NCBI RefSeq assembly: GCF_024521635.1
Contig: NW_026250409.1
Span: 1,302,001 to 1,366,000, forward strand
Length of the DNA: 64,000 nt
Origin: Tricharina praecox
Taxonomy: Eukaryota
Direction of reading: 5' to 3'
Made by a program: the position numbers and the translations under genes. The notes beneath the pieces were generated by a model. The model worked only from the letters and a program-made list of their open reading frames with translations, did no database searches and had not been told where the DNA came from. Every line of letters starts with the position of its first letter. Within the stretch, counting starts at the first letter, position 1. This document shows positions 10,800 through 24,969 of this stretch, piece by piece.

Positions 10800-13124
10800 G
10801 TAGGTACCTGGGTATAGGTAGGATGTGTGTATGTAGGTGGATATGTAGTCCCTGGGTTGAGCGAGCGGCGGGAACATCCTTCCCCACGAAATTCTCGAAC
10901 CAGCCTGGTCTTAGTTTATGTAGTTACCGGGGGTGGCCAGGCCGATTGCTACCATAGTGATATCGTAGACTGCCCCTCCTACTCTAATACATAATCTACC
11001 TACACTAACAACCAACACCCAACGCCCGCCCGCCCTTCCGCAAAACGAAGTTACGAAACATCCCGAATTCCGCGCACGCACGGCGCATGCACGAACGCAC
11101 AAACATATCCGATGACGACAGAGGTGACGATATTCCCGTCTCTGGAAGGCTGTTGTATAGCACCTAGCACGCCACCCCTGTCGGCCAGCCGCATGGTCCG
11201 ACGGTCATGTGTGCCGCGACGGATGCCAATGGAGGGATGCCATTGGAGGAACCGCTGAATGTAAGGGAGAGGTGTTATTTCTTCGTGGTGAAGGCCCAAG
11301 GGGCAGTGTGCACTGTGCAGTGATCACTGGGAGGACTGTGAGGGAGGGGGGGAGGCATTCTGGTGTGGCATCAGCTAGCACTCGAGATGAGCTGGTGAGG
11401 GAGGCCCGGAGGGGGTGCATGGGGGAGGGCCCGGAGGGGTGTGGTGCACCGTCACGGTGGCTATGAATCTATGATGATATTCCATGATATATGGATAAGT
11501 CCGAACGCTCGGGCAAGCCACAGCTGAAGAAATCAGAGCTCGGTTATCACCTAAATACACCGCACCACAAATCCGCAAATCCGCAAATCCACAATTAGCG
11601 GTAGGCATGTAGGCTGGGTAACTACCTCAACCTATGTACCAAAGACCGAATACGGCAGCATCCCCATCGTCTACAGCGAAAAAGCAAAACCCCAGGGGCG
11701 ACACAACCACAAAACGGTTTTGCGATCTCGGCACAAATCGCTCAGTGATGTCGATCGATGGTACCATGATTGCAGTTGAGAAAAAAGAGGGAGGGAGGGG
11801 TTCGGTGCGGAAACAAGCAAAACAAAACAAAACACCACGAGCGATCGGTTGCGAGTTCAAGCCACCGTCAGGATTCAGGTCGTAGTTAACTACATTGTGT
11901 GGAGGCGGAGGAGAAAAGGAGATATATCTACTATGGCGCCAAGAGAGGCGAGTTCAAGCCACGCAGAATGGAGCGATGGAAGTGATGACATATAACCAAT
12001 GTGCATTGTGTGTGGTCAGTGGCTGGCCATGGACCGTAGTGCAAATGTGCAAATGTGCAAGTACATAAGGAAAAATGCGATCGATTGGCGTAGACCCTGC
12101 TCTAGAGATGTGGGGCGAGACACAGATGCGGCGTGAGAGGCACTCGAGACGGAAATCAACCAACACGTCATGAAACGGGATACTCACAAGTTCCGAGATG
12201 TTGGACCGTGCGGGAACTCGGGTGGCATCTTTGGAAGCGACCAACGGACGACCAGGTTAGGCCAGTACAGCTGTGTACGGGGCGAGCGGGGTAGCTACGG
12301 GATCCACCAGTTCCACATTCATTGGCGGGAATGGATGTCGGAAGCCGCTAGAGCTCCTTGGGAGTTGTGTACTATACACTGTAAGGCTAATTTTGTTTCG
12401 TGTTCAGACGAATGGTCGGTCCATGCAACGACGAAGCATGCCCTTGGAGTCCATGTGCCCCCACAATCAAATCGGAATTCACAGTCAGAGTGCACGATCT
12501 TGGCTTATATGCCGTATGTAGGTTCTGTTACTACATGCTGTAGACAGATTACAGAGCAGCTGAGCATCCGAGCAGTGGAGCAGCTGGGCGGATGATCGAT
12601 CTGGAAGACTAATCGGCTCGGAATAATTCCATCGGCAACAGACCATTGCTCCGTAGCTCTGATTGGTCGAGTTTGCCATGAATCATGCAGGCGACAGGCA
12701 AGGGGTGGGTGTGAATTCCGTAGTGTACATTCCACACCCGCTGCTAGTTAATACTGAAGCCACCGAAATCGGTGCAGTATTGGTTTTGCAACTCCTTCAT
12801 ATTTCTTTTTGCTGCCGTCAGATTCCTAGCAGTTCCGCGGGTTGCGATGCACGGCATTGCAGGCATTGTAGGTACAGGCCTCTGACTGATCGTGCCATTA
12901 TATCCGTATCTCACACGAACACCTGAACCCTCCTCCCCCTCCTTCCGCCAATCCCCCATGAACCTACTCACTCCCGCCTGCCCGATGATTATGGCGATGG
13001 CGATGGCGATGACGACGACGACGACGCCAAGTACGATGCATTGAACGAGAAACTATGCCGCCGTTTCATTATCGTGAACCCACTTTTATCACGTGGACCG
13101 CGATAACCGCAAAAATAAACCAGC

Positions 13125-14151
13125 CTAATTCATCGTGACCGCAAAATTATTTCGGGATCCCCCCGGCCTCACTTCCTCTTTCTTCCAATTTGCCTGCTTT
13201 GCTGCCTCGGCCGTATCCTCATGCCGCCACAGTCCGTAGATAAGCTTTGCCGATAGCTTTCGTTTCACGGGCGTATACCCCAGGGTCCCCATGATCCCCC
13301 GCAGCCGTGCCTCATCGAGATATCTGGAATTCGTCACACACGGTGCGGGAAGGACTAGGAACAGTGAGGGGAAGAGGCTGGATGCCGGATTGCCCGGCTC
13401 CTGTTCGGTGCTGCGGCGCAGGAACTGTGTTGTCCGGCGAAGCATGTCCCCTCTTCCTGCAGGGTCAGGCACATAGTTGAGCACAAGAGACAGCGAGACT
13501 AAGTCGAACTTGTCGTCGTCACTTGCAGGGAGCGGGCGCTGCATGAAGTCCTGCGTCTCGATGGCTGGATGCTGCGAATGCAGGTCTATGCGGGTAACCG
13601 TGAACAAGGAAGATTTCGAAACGGCGTTGTCCGGGCTGTGGTGCGCGCTGCGTCAACCTCGAAGCTCAACGGCGTGGGGAGGAAAGAAACCCGCTCTACC
13701 TGAGAGAACCCACCTCTAGCATCCGTAGCCCTCTCTCCTTGAGCACAGTCCTGTCGGCGCAGTCTTCGTTTATCCACTGCATCAGCAACTTCGACGAGTC
13801 GCCGCCCCGCTGCGCCGATTGCCCGTTGATCTAACCGTAGATTTCCGATTAGTACTTGTGTTAGACGCGGGCGAGAGAGCATACGCTAGCCTGCTGATAC
13901 TTCTCGAGGCCACCGCTCGCCTCAATCTCGGCTCGGAGTGTGCACGCCGCGGCCTCGTCGTTCCGCGATAGGGCTTGCGAGAGTTTTTTCTGCAAGGTGT
14001 GGTGGCTGCGGATCAAGGCTCGGCCAGCCTTGGACGAGAGGGACGATGATTGGGCTGCGGCGGTGGCATGTCGCACGGCTGGCGCAGCACTGCGACGACG
14101 CGATAACAGCACCGAGCCGGGGGGTTTCTTCTTGCTCTTGGATACAGCCAT
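13125..14151 (-). CDS. BMT2: 25S rRNA adenine-N1 methyltransferase (Bmt2 family); exons 14151-13885, 13830-13700, 13635-13125
   Basis: Motifs IRSHHTLQK, GGLEKYQQAS|INGQ...RGGDSSKLLMQW, LEVGSLSPDN, TRIDL, QDFM.RPLP, SLSLVLNYVP..RG.ML, LFLVLPAPCV.NSRY, RNNF. Two in-phase GT-AG introns. Confidence 0.92.
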
Positions 14152-17100
14152 AGCGCCGTCTTGTACTGTATGGGGATTTCGGAGGTATTCGGCGAAGTGA
14201 GCGACGGAGGGCAGAGGGCGGAGGACTGAGGGCGAAGGGCGGAAGTCGTGGGACGTGGGTCGTGGGTCGGTGTTTGCAGTGTGGTCGTGGTTTGGGGGGC
14301 GTATTTACTTGTTACCCTTTTCGGAGCGATCCTACTACTTAGAGTTCGTGCTAGCTAAAAGCGAACAATTGAGTTTTCTCGATGTGACGTGCTAGATGTG
14401 GCCAAGCGGGGGCGCGCGGGGAGAGAGACGAAAGTATGGAAGGGACCGAGGGAAGAAAAGTTTCTGGGAGGGTGATAGCGCTGGAGGCTCATCCCACGCG
14501 ACATCTGGAGGCATGGTTGAATGCCACACTTCCTCTCCCCCACACTATTTCATCCCAGGCCTCGCTAGGCAGCTTCACTGCCACACACTTATGCGCCACC
14601 CTCTTGACTGCCGAAGTGCACAGCACCGATCCCCACCACCACCACTACTACCAACTACCACCGCCTCCACCACACACCACCACCACCTCCACCACTGTTA
14701 CCACCACCACCACCACCACCATTACCACATTCAAAGGCTCCGGGAGATGGAACTGGCGCAGAATATTCGATTGCCGTGCGTGGAAGCAAAAGAAACTAGC
14801 ATTGCCATTGCACCAACCGTCCGCAGTACCAAGGCGACGCCAGAGAAGCTTTCCAGGTAGCAGCGTGAGCTGAGGCATCCAGGCAGGCAGGAAGGCAGGC
14901 AAACGTCTCGACCATCTCCTAGCTCACCTCAGGTGGTCGCCGGCATACTCTAGACCAGAGCATCCATATCGACCATCAGCGCGACCCCCAATGGCAGCTG
15001 TCGCTTGGAGCTGGCGGAGGAACGCCCTGAAAGAAAAAATGACTAGCAGAAACACAACTGCCGGTCTCGAAATTGCACTGCTTGCTAGGCTTGTCGATGA
15101 TGGTGATCTGCGCTCGGCGCGCGTGGGGCAAGGCTCGAAGACGTGGGGAGACGTCGGAACTTTCCAGCTGTCAACTGAACCCGATCGTTCTTCCGAACAT
15201 GGTACAGCTCGACTGTCCGGCATCCGTCTCATCATACAAAGTTTTAGGAGATATCTCCCCCGCCCCTTTCCCCCTCCTACCTCCGCTCCCCCTTTTACTC
15301 GCTGACAATTTTCTGCTACCGCTTCCTTGGTTCTCAACAAACCGCCGAAAAGGAGAGAGATGTGGATCCTGCCCAGCAAGTCCAATCAACCAGCCTATCT
15401 TTTTGGAGTCCCTCCCGCGGCCCAATATGTGTGCATTACCATCGTGTAGTGTACTTGCGGTAGTTGCTCGGTGGGACGTGCGTGCATACAATCGTCAACT
15501 CCCGAAATAAAGGGAAAAAATGTTGGCTTCAAACGCAACCGGGTTAGAGGGGGGGCAATTCCCAGTCTTCATGCGGATTCGTGGAACCTCCCGCGACGTC
15601 GGAATTGCGCAACGAAACGAAACGCCCAGCTATGTAATGTCGTTTTGTGTGCTCAGTGCGCTGCGCACATGGACGAGGAGCCACCGTCTCCTCGATTGCT
15701 AGAGCTGCATGGCTTAGCATCGGACAACATTGCATCTGGACCCTGAACAATTGCAATTGCAAGCTGCAATTGATCATGATCTGCCGGTCGGATTGCCCCG
15801 ACCCCCGGTGGAATTTCGAGCTGTCATACGACGAAAGCAGGGACCCCCCGAGAGCAAACTAAACGCCCAGAGACTTGAGACGAACGTCGTTGACGTCGTT
15901 CTCTCGTTCGCAAGGCTAAACTTGCACGCTTGGGGTTGCACACCATAAGCGCCTGAAAGCTGAATCATGGCACCTTCCCTATCCTAGACGTCAGGCTGGC
16001 AGCTGGCTGGGACCCTCTCCTTTTAATAATCGATCGACTCAACTGGTGAAAACCGGGAACAATGCTGCATGCGACGTCTCTCTGGCAATGGGTACCACAT
16101 GTCATGTACCCTCGAGTACCTATGCCTACCGACAACTACATAATGCTAGTTAGCGTCTGCTGCCGACGACACTCCTATGCCATGGCATCGGGTCCTGTCC
16201 CGCAATGTGGCACGCGCTGTTGTTTTGGCATGTTGCTTTCGGAAGGTCCAACAGACCTCGGCTCGCCCCGTTTGACAGCTCATTCGGCCGTCTCGTGGGC
16301 AAGTCAGCGTCAGTGACAGCGAGATTACATATGTGCCCTTTTTCGTGCGGTGGCAATTATTCGATTGTCGGACTTACATTCGCGGTATCGCCGGGACCGT
16401 CGGAGCAAACGGCATATGCAGAAGGCTTGCTGCTATTACCTGATGGTGTATATTCGCCTGTTAAGCGGACACCACAACTAACTACCATCTCGCCACTGCA
16501 CCACTGCATGCAACCAATTTTTCTGCCTACGGGCTGGCTGATTCTGATTCGGTGTTTGCATGACCAATAAGAGCTAACCTCCTGAGGGGATAGTGTTCGT
16601 GCATTTTCGGGCCTTGCCCTGCCGAGAAGGGCACACACAGCGCAAGGCTGCCGGTGGTGGTGGTGGTGGACCCCGTGCTCATATCTGGACAAGCTCGATG
16701 AAGCACGACCTGGACCGGCTCGAATACCGCTGGCCGCCGATATACATGCCGTACGCCTATCAATGCAGATGTGCAGAGACATGGTTCAGGATGAAGGGAT
16801 TTCCCACAGTCCACGGAGACGCCTCCTCGAGTGCTGCAGCAAATTTTCTTGATCTGGCAGCATCCCTTCAGTGTAAAATCTCGATCGTGATGCTACTCCG
16901 TCAGGGTATCGTATGTACCGGCTGGCATGTGCCTTGCAAGTTGCGCGCACCCAGAACAAGTCATCTGTTGCCACGAAAGCCAGAATCGGTTTGGATTCCT
17001 CTTTTTGAAGGCGGAGGAGAGAAGAGGGAGTTCCACGCAAATCACGATCGTACAAGCGATCCCAATGCTTCAATGTCAAAATCATATCTCGCTGGCCTTA

Positions 17101-17575
17101 CATACATGCGAGCAATCTCGGTGAGAAGTTTCACGGAGAAACCCAGTCGATGGAGATATTGGAAGTGTTCCGGGAAGTGGTGGGCCGCAGGCAGACGAGG
17201 GCTCCGGCCTCAGGTCAATCAGTGAGTGACGAGCAGATCTGGCTCGCTCACCGTGATTGGATGGAATATCTGAAACGTCAACTGCCGGAGTTCGGATTGG
17301 CGCGCCAGCTGCTCGAATGACCGTGGTCTGCAGGCATCATGGGCTACTCGGAATGGAGCGATGAAGCCCCCTCCCATCACAAGGCTGAAGCAGTCATTGA
17401 CTGACGGATTGACCGATGACCGCTTGCAAGCAAGCGCTTTGACCATAGCTTACTTGCAGCCTCAAGTAAATATGCCCCAATGCAATGCCATGTGCGATCT
17501 GCATTTCTGTGGTCTGATTTCGGATGCGTGCTTGCATCTCATTATCCTTGGGACGCGGATCATGCTGCTGGTACT

Positions 17576-17640
17576 GGTGGTGGTGGTGGTGGTGGTGGTG
17601 GTGGTTGTGGTTGTGGTGTTGTTGTTGTTGTTGCTGTTGT
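17576..17640. repeat. (GGT)n/(GTT)n microsatellite
   Basis: Triplet tandem repeat seen directly. Confidence 0.9.
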
Positions 17641-19589
17641 GTCGTGTCGGTTGTCGTGGTCAACTCTACATGTGGTTGCGGTGGTTGCTGGTGCTCCGTG
17701 GTTGTTCGAGAGAGAAGCGGACCGACTCAATCGCTGGCAGCCATACATAGGAGGAGACCCCATGCAGCCTATGCGGGCCATGCCATGCCATGCCATGCCA
17801 TGGGCATCTCACTCGTTTGCTTTCCTATCACCGACGCGAACGCCTTATTCAGCTCATCGCTCTGTTGTCCGCGGTTATCCGCCCCTCTCCTTCTCCCTCT
17901 CTCTGTCTCTCTCTGTTTCGGAGGTCGTCTCCCCTGCGATCTTGCCCGCGCGAGACACAATATAGATAGTTATTTAATTAAGTGACCTCGGCGAGTTCTC
18001 GTCTGGAGGACCGTGGGGCGTACTCGTATGTACAATACATATGATGTATGTATGTATCGAGTTAAGTGGCAGGATCACTGCTGTGAGTGAGTGACTACTG
18101 AGCAACAGTTCCAGCGGCTTGCATGACGGAGATCTGTCTATCTACTTATCGTCTAGTTACATAACTGACTAGAGTGTATTGTACATTATGTACGGTATGT
18201 ATGTTGTGCAGACCTCACATACAACCTACTCGAGAGCTGTCTAGCCGAGTTAGCCTTTTCGACGTACGTAAATATCTACCGTACATACGGCACATAGGTG
18301 GGTGGGTAGGTGGGTAGTTAACGTGTGCAGTGTGCAGATCAGTTACGGGGAGGGGAGGGGGGCACTCTGCTCTGCTCTGCTTGCTCTGCTATACACGCCA
18401 GCACGTGTATGTAGGCTACGGTAGTTACTCCAAAGGAGACCGGAGCACATACATACAGATGTACATTCATACATACATGTACACGACTCACACTCACGGC
18501 GCCGGCGAGGTATGATGTATGTAGGTGAGTTTGCGTAGCCCCCTTTCCCTTTCATTTCGGATGGGATGGGTCATGGACGTGGGGTCATGGGATCGGGCCC
18601 GATTTACGATTTTTTCTCTTTCGCAAAACCAATTCGTTTGAACTTTGAGGTGGGTGAGGGGCTAGGTAGGTAGAGTAGGTAGGCGGTGACTGAGTGAGTG
18701 ACGACGATGACGATGGTGGTTGTGGTGATGATGACGATGGTGGTGATTATGATGACGATGGAGCAACGGACTCTGAAAAGCCAATTGTGTACTCTAGAGT
18801 CTGGAGTTCCTGCATTTGACAGATCGATATCGATATCGATGGCTCTCTTTCTTACTCTGGCAGTAACGATCGTGATACAACTCAACTCTGACGACGTGAC
18901 CGATATTGATCTGATCTGACGACGACATCTTTGTTTGTTTTGTTTTGTTTTGTTTTGTTTACACCACGGAGCCAGCGATACATGTAAACTTAACTAATGG
19001 GCCAGCGTCACCGGCCATAACAAGTAGCTGGTACAAGCAGTAGTTAGTCACTGCGGCCGCGGTGACTAATTGTATGTATCAATCAATCAATCGCAGTCAC
19101 AGTCGCCCTGGGCAGTCTCCCTGAGCAGTGAGCAGTCGCCCCGGTACATACATGCTTCCTACGCACCTACCCACATAGTAACTCGCCAGAATTAGCAATT
19201 CCCTACTACGTAACTCGAACCCGAAAAATTGGTTCTGAAGGATCTGAAGGGCTCGGTTGTTGTATGTAGTCTGGTCGGTCTGGTCTGGTCTGGTCTGTCA
19301 ATCGCAACTGCCGGCTGGCCGCCGCCGGAGGTGCCAGAACTTACATACTACTAGTACGGTATACCCAGAAGGAAGCCCTTGAAGAAAAGGAAAAAAAGAA
19401 AGAAAAAAAAAAGCCGACTCGCTTGAGCACGCACTGCACTGATCACCGAACGGTAGGTACATACATCACATCATACATGGGAGTTCGTTCGGGCTGGCAG
19501 CTGGCAGGCAGCTGGCACGCAGGCAGCTGGTGCGCGCGCGCGAGGGCGCCACACACAACCATAGTTGACCGTAACCACGCGTTCGTCGT

Positions 19590-19632
19590 CCACCACCACC
19601 ACCACCACCACCACCACCACCACCACCACCAC
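19590..19632. repeat. (CAC)n microsatellite
   Basis: Triplet tandem repeat seen directly. Confidence 0.9.
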
Positions 19633-21153
19633 AGAAAATAAACCCGAGAGGGAAGGGGGGTGGATGGATGGGTGAAAGGGTGTGTGGATGTGTGGATGAC
19701 AGATCTGGTTGGGCAGACGGGCAGGCAAGGGATAACTAGAGTATGATGTATCTGGTGTTGTGGGATGCTACACTCCCACCCCAATCATCGGCTCCTTGCG
19801 GGTTTGCGGGTTTGTGAGCTTTTGTAGGGCGTTGTTTATGTACCGCATGCCGTCCCTCCGCTGCCTGCTGCTGCTGCTGCGCTGCACGCTGGGGATGAAC
19901 GAACCGCCCAAAGGGGAGCAGTAGGAGGAGAGGAGGGGTTGCCTGGAATTTGGAATTCCGCTGCTAGCTGCTCATATGCTCATAACTTACGCTCCGATGC
20001 TGCTAAGCTCGCCGTATGTATGTACCACCATCTCCATTCTACCTGCTACTCTACTGCCCAGGGGGGAGATGATGATGATGGGGGCGCGGGCAAGGCCCAT
20101 CTCACGAGAGTGTGTGCTGTGGACTGGACAGTGGAAGAGAGCCCGGGAGCCAAAGAGAAGGACCCGCAAACATAACAGGCGCAAGAACACATACACAGAC
20201 GATTTACCAACCGTCTAACTGCTGCGTACCTACCCTGCCCAAGTCCCGAGCTGAAAGCTCTGCTTGCTTGCTTGCAAGTTGCAAGGTCAATTCAACCTGA
20301 ATACCGGGACGGTCTGCGCTAAAAACAAATAATGGCAGACTGACAGACCATGCAATAATCTGTATGTGTGCAGAATGTCATGCCCCTGCCTTCGCCGGAC
20401 CAGGAGGGAGGGGGGTACGGTACGTGCTAACTAAGTTGTATCTAGGCACAGTGCACACCACACTGCAACTGCAACTGCACACTGCACACCCTCACTGGGG
20501 ACGCCAGGAATAAATAAATAATAATAATATTTCGGTCCATAAGGTCTAACAATTCGATATTATTATTATGGTTGTTTGAGCCCGTGCCTTATGATGGGAC
20601 CCTGGCTATCCCGGACTACCCAGCACTTTTTTTCGGAGTTTGGGTTCGCCTCATGCTGCCCGTATGGGCCCGCCCACACCTTCTACTACCCTCTACCCTT
20701 CACCACCCCCCCCCCCCCCCCCCCCAATCCTCCTTACTATCCCCACCCCCCCACCCCCCCTCCCCCCTTCCACATCGACGCGGTTCCCGAGCCTTGGGTT
20801 TACCTTCCGGGGAAGGGTGGGTGGGGTTCACTCCCATCATGTGTGCCTGCGCCTCCAGCCTAGATTAACATTGAGAAAGAGATAGGCCTGCCGGATGTAG
20901 GTACCGCCATCATCATCATCATCGTGGACGTCCTGTATAAATCCCAAGCATCCCCCCTCCAAACTTCGATGTCTTAGGCAGGCAGGCAGTCAAGAAGAAA
21001 GACGAATCGTTACTTCGTCGTCAACAGCATCTATCCGAAATACATACATATACCGCCTCTGAACAGTCAGTTCAGTTCAGTGGTCTTCGACGTCTCCCAA
21101 CTCCCTCAGTCAGTCCGCCAGTGATAGATCCATCGATATCCGCAAGTTGCAAC

Positions 21154-23446
21154 ATGGCCCGAAGCACAATGATGGCCATCCATAGCTCTCCCGAATACCC
21201 ACCATTTTCGTCCTCGGTCGAAAAGCCATTGGCATCGCTCGTGTCGTCTCTGCAACTCCTCGCTGAGGACCGTCGGCCGGCTCCCTACATAACGGCCATG
21301 GCTTATGCATCCAGCCTCACAACTGTGTTTATCCTGCTCGCCCTGATCATTGCCGTGCTCTATACCATCATCAAGGACTACCGGCGGCATGCAGTAATGT
21401 ATGCTTTTTTCCCCCACCCCACCCCCGCCGAACAACACTTGTCGTTTTGCTTTTTTATGCATTTCGACGTTTTGTTTGTTTTGCACATCTCTGACGCCGG
21501 TGCGATATGAAGGCCTCCAGGACCGTCACCGGTCCCTTTCGTTGGCAATAAATGGGATTTGCCGCCGTGCAAGCCGTGGTACAAGTTCAAACAGTGGACG
21601 GATATGTACGGTTCATTGGTAACCGTGTGGACCGGCCGACGGCCAACAATTGTCATTGGAGACCCAAAGGTTGCCTGCGACCTCCTGGACCGGCGGTCGG
21701 CAATATATTCCTCGAGGCCTCGCTTCGTTGTGATGGGTGAGTCTCCTACTGTTGTTGTTTTTTTCTTCTTTTCTTTCCAGAAGCCAAAAGGAAGCTCATG
21801 GCTTCCACGCGGCGGTTTGCGGTGGCGACGGTGGGTTGCACGCGCACCCACAATTCATGCGTGTGCCCTGTGGGTTGCGCATTTATTTATTTCATGGCTG
21901 ACCACACGAACATGCAGGCGAGCTATTTACCAATAACGACTCGCTGCTTACGATGCCCCACGGCGACAAGTGGCGGAAAACACGCAAGATATTCCACAGC
22001 GGCCTCTTGCGGAGAGCTTGCGAATCGTACAAGCCGATCCAGGAGGCCGAGTCGCAGCGGCTCCTGCGCGATCTCCTCCAGATGCCGCAGGACTTTGGAA
22101 GACATCTGGAGCGGTATGCGGCTTCGGTCATGGTGTGCGTCGCTTATGGTCGCCGTGTCGATGACTTGGACGATTCCATCGTCCAGCGCATATACGAACG
22201 TATGCAGTACATGTCGACGCTGAACGTGTGAGTACAACATCAATCTACTGCTTGTTCGTTTGCCCTATCCACCTGCCTTTGACTGCAGCACAAGGGTTGT
22301 CTCTTGAAAAAAAAAAATCCTTTCGTCCGCTTGTCCTCCCCCCCCCCCCCCCCCCCCCCCCCACCCCCCACAATCCGCACGCGGGCACCCGACGCTCGAG
22401 AACGTTTATAGGGGAAGCTCATTGACTGACCTGACGTCAGACCCGGTGCCTTTTGGGCTGAATCGTTTCCCCTGCTGAAGCTGGTTCCCGATTTTCTGGC
22501 CCCATGGAAGCGCGAGATCAAGCAGCGAGCCGCAGCGTCATCCAGACTTCTCCTGGGCCTCGCACAAGACGTGCGGCGACGCATGAACGAGGGCGACGCG
22601 CCCCCATCCTTCACCAAGAACCTCTGGGAGAAGTTTGACCAGAACCCCGGCGAGCTCACGGAGCGCGAGATTGCGTATGCCACCGGATCCCTTTTCGGCG
22701 CTGGCAGCGATACGTCGTCGTCCACACTCATGAGCTTTGTGCTCGCGATGACGTGCTTCCCGGAAGTGGCGGCAAAAGCACAGGAAGAGCTCGACCGCGT
22801 CGTGGGCAGAGATCGATCGCCTACTTGGAGCGACGAACCGAATCTACCGTACTGTGCTGCCATCATCAAGGAGACCCTGCGGTGGCGACCGGTAGCCGTC
22901 ATGGGCGGGACACCCCATGCCAGCATCAAGGACGATTACTACGACGGCCACTTCATTCCCGCCGGCACCACCATCCTTGGGAACCTCTGGGCGATCCATC
23001 ACAACAGCAAGTACTTTAAGGACTCGCACGAGTTTGTGCCCGAGCGATACCTCGAGGTGCAAGAAGGCACCGAGCCATACCCGCACCGTGATGGTCACTC
23101 CGCATTTGGATGGGTACGTTTAGCTCCTCCTCTTCTTCTTCCTCTTCCACGAATGATCATCGACTGACAATGCATACAGGGCCGGCGCATCTGCCCGGGC
23201 AAGCTGCTCGCCGAGAACAGTCTGTTCATCTCGATTACGCGCATACTGTGGGCGTTCAACATTTCAAAGCATGTGGACCCTGTGTCGGGCGCAGAGGAGG
23301 TGTACAACACATTTGCCTACACGGACGGCTTCAACTCGAAGCCGCAACCATTCCGCTGCGGCATTGCCGTGAGATCCGATCAGATCCGCGAGACGCTCGA
23401 ACGAGAGGCAAAACTGGGCGACAGGTTTCTCGAGAGATACAATTAG
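21154..23446 (+). CDS. Cytochrome P450 monooxygenase (OrdA/CYP64-like group); exons 21154 (or 21298)-21398, 21513-21736, 21918-22227, 22441-23113, 23180-23446
   Basis: N-terminal TM helix, PPGP hinge, W.K.R, I-helix GAGSDTS, ETLR (ExxR), PERY, heme motif FGW|GRRICPG split by the last intron. All four introns are GT-AG and in phase. Confidence 0.95.
22338..22362. repeat. Poly-C tract (25 nt) inside P450 intron 3
   Basis: Homopolymer run seen directly. Confidence 0.9.
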
Positions 23447-24802
23447 ACTCCCCTCGACTCGACTCGTCTCTCCAGCTGCGAAGCGCAGCGGATGGCTTGA
23501 TTGATTCATTCCGAGCGCTTTTCTTTTTTTGGTCTTTTTGGTTTTTGTTTTTACGGGTGGGATTTTTTGGGTTACTTCCTTCCTAACTATTATGGGCGGT
23601 GTTTTTTTTCTTCCTTTTTTCTTCCTTTCTCTTTTCACTTAACGGAGGCCATCTACCATCTTGCTTTTACTTTTTCCCATTTAGCGTTTTACTTCTTATT
23701 TTCTTTTTTTTTACTTCCCCTCACGGCTTTTTGGTGTATTTTACTACCCGTTTTTTATTGGCTGCTCGCTGTTTGGTTTGTGTCGGCATATGGGCATGTG
23801 TGTGTGTGTCTGTATGTGTGGCATGTGTGTATCTGTGTGGGTCTTACCGGTATTCTAGGGTTCGTTTCGGTTCGGTTGGGTTGGGGGTAATGTCGTTTTA
23901 CGGATTATTTCCTTTTGTGTCATTTTTGTGTCATTTGTTTTGTTTTTGTTTTTTTTTTCGGCGTACGGGGGCGGGGATTTTCTCTTTCAGTTTTTGTTTT
24001 GTTTTGGTTTGGATCGGGCTGCGCGCGCGCGGGGAATGGGATTTTGATTTTGGGTATTGGTTTGGGTTTTGGGTTTTGGGTGTCGGCAGTCAATGCAATG
24101 CGAATGCAACACATGGTACTCTACTCTACTTTGCTCTATCATACAAACAATCGATCGAGCGGTGCGGGGGGAGTGGGGGAGGGGGAGGGAGGTTCGTTCG
24201 GCTTTACTACTCTATTCCAATATACTCTACGTCTTCATGCGTTGCGTTGCCATCTTGCCATCTCCATCTCCGTGGCCATCTCCGTGTCTGTCTGTGTCCA
24301 GACTCCAGACCAGACTACAGACTCCAGACTCCGGAACTCGTATGTATTTATTTATGTACTTTGTACTCTATGTACCGGAATGTAGAGCATGTAGAGCATG
24401 TACCTAGAGTAATGTACCTTTCGTCCGGCCGACGGGCCATGCCTGTAGCTTTACAGTAGAGTAGGCAGGCTGTAGGCTGTCAGGTGTACCGTATAACTAC
24501 AGTACGTTATGGTGTATGGTGTATCCATGCCATGGCGTAACTACCTAGTTCGGCACCTACATAGGTACTCTACTCTGGTTATCGAGGAGTTCATCTGAAG
24601 TTGTGAGCGCGGATCGGAGGTGTAGGTGCGTACTGGTACTGGTACTGTGTACCCACCGGCCGCATGAGTTGAGTTGAGCTGAGTTGCGTTGGGTTCAGTT
24701 GGGTTCAGTTGGGTTGAGCTGGGTTGGAGTCTTGGAGTTTTAACTTTGGAGGTGCGGTACCACAGACATAGCCACAGCCGCTGGGGGAGTGAGAACCCCG
24801 CG

Positions 24803-24924
24803 GACAAGACATGACAAGACATGACAAGACAAGACATGACAAGACATGACAAGACAAGACATGACAAGACATGACAAGACAAGGCGAACCAGTGAGCCAA
24901 CCAGCCAACCAGCCAACCAGCCAA

Positions 24925-24967
<43 letters not shown>

Positions 24968-24969
24968 AC
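24803..24969. repeat. Compound satellite: (GACAA/GACAT)n followed by (CCAA/CCAG)n
   Basis: Pentamer-variant array at 24803-24883 and tetramer array at ~24895-24969. Confidence 0.9.

Noticed and set aside
14396..17985. Cluster of 100-210 aa ORFs, some with His/Trp/Cys runs
   Set aside because: The runs come from CAC/GGT microsatellites. No domain or consistent exon chain was recognised, although a decayed gene cannot be excluded.
23501..24459. Phe-rich ORFs resembling membrane proteins
   Set aside because: Artefact of T-rich sequence downstream of the P450 gene; non-ATG starts and low complexity.
24803..24969. Repeat array as CRISPR or repetitive peptide precursor
   Set aside because: Eukaryotic DNA, no spacers, and the 4-5 bp units are not codon-phased.
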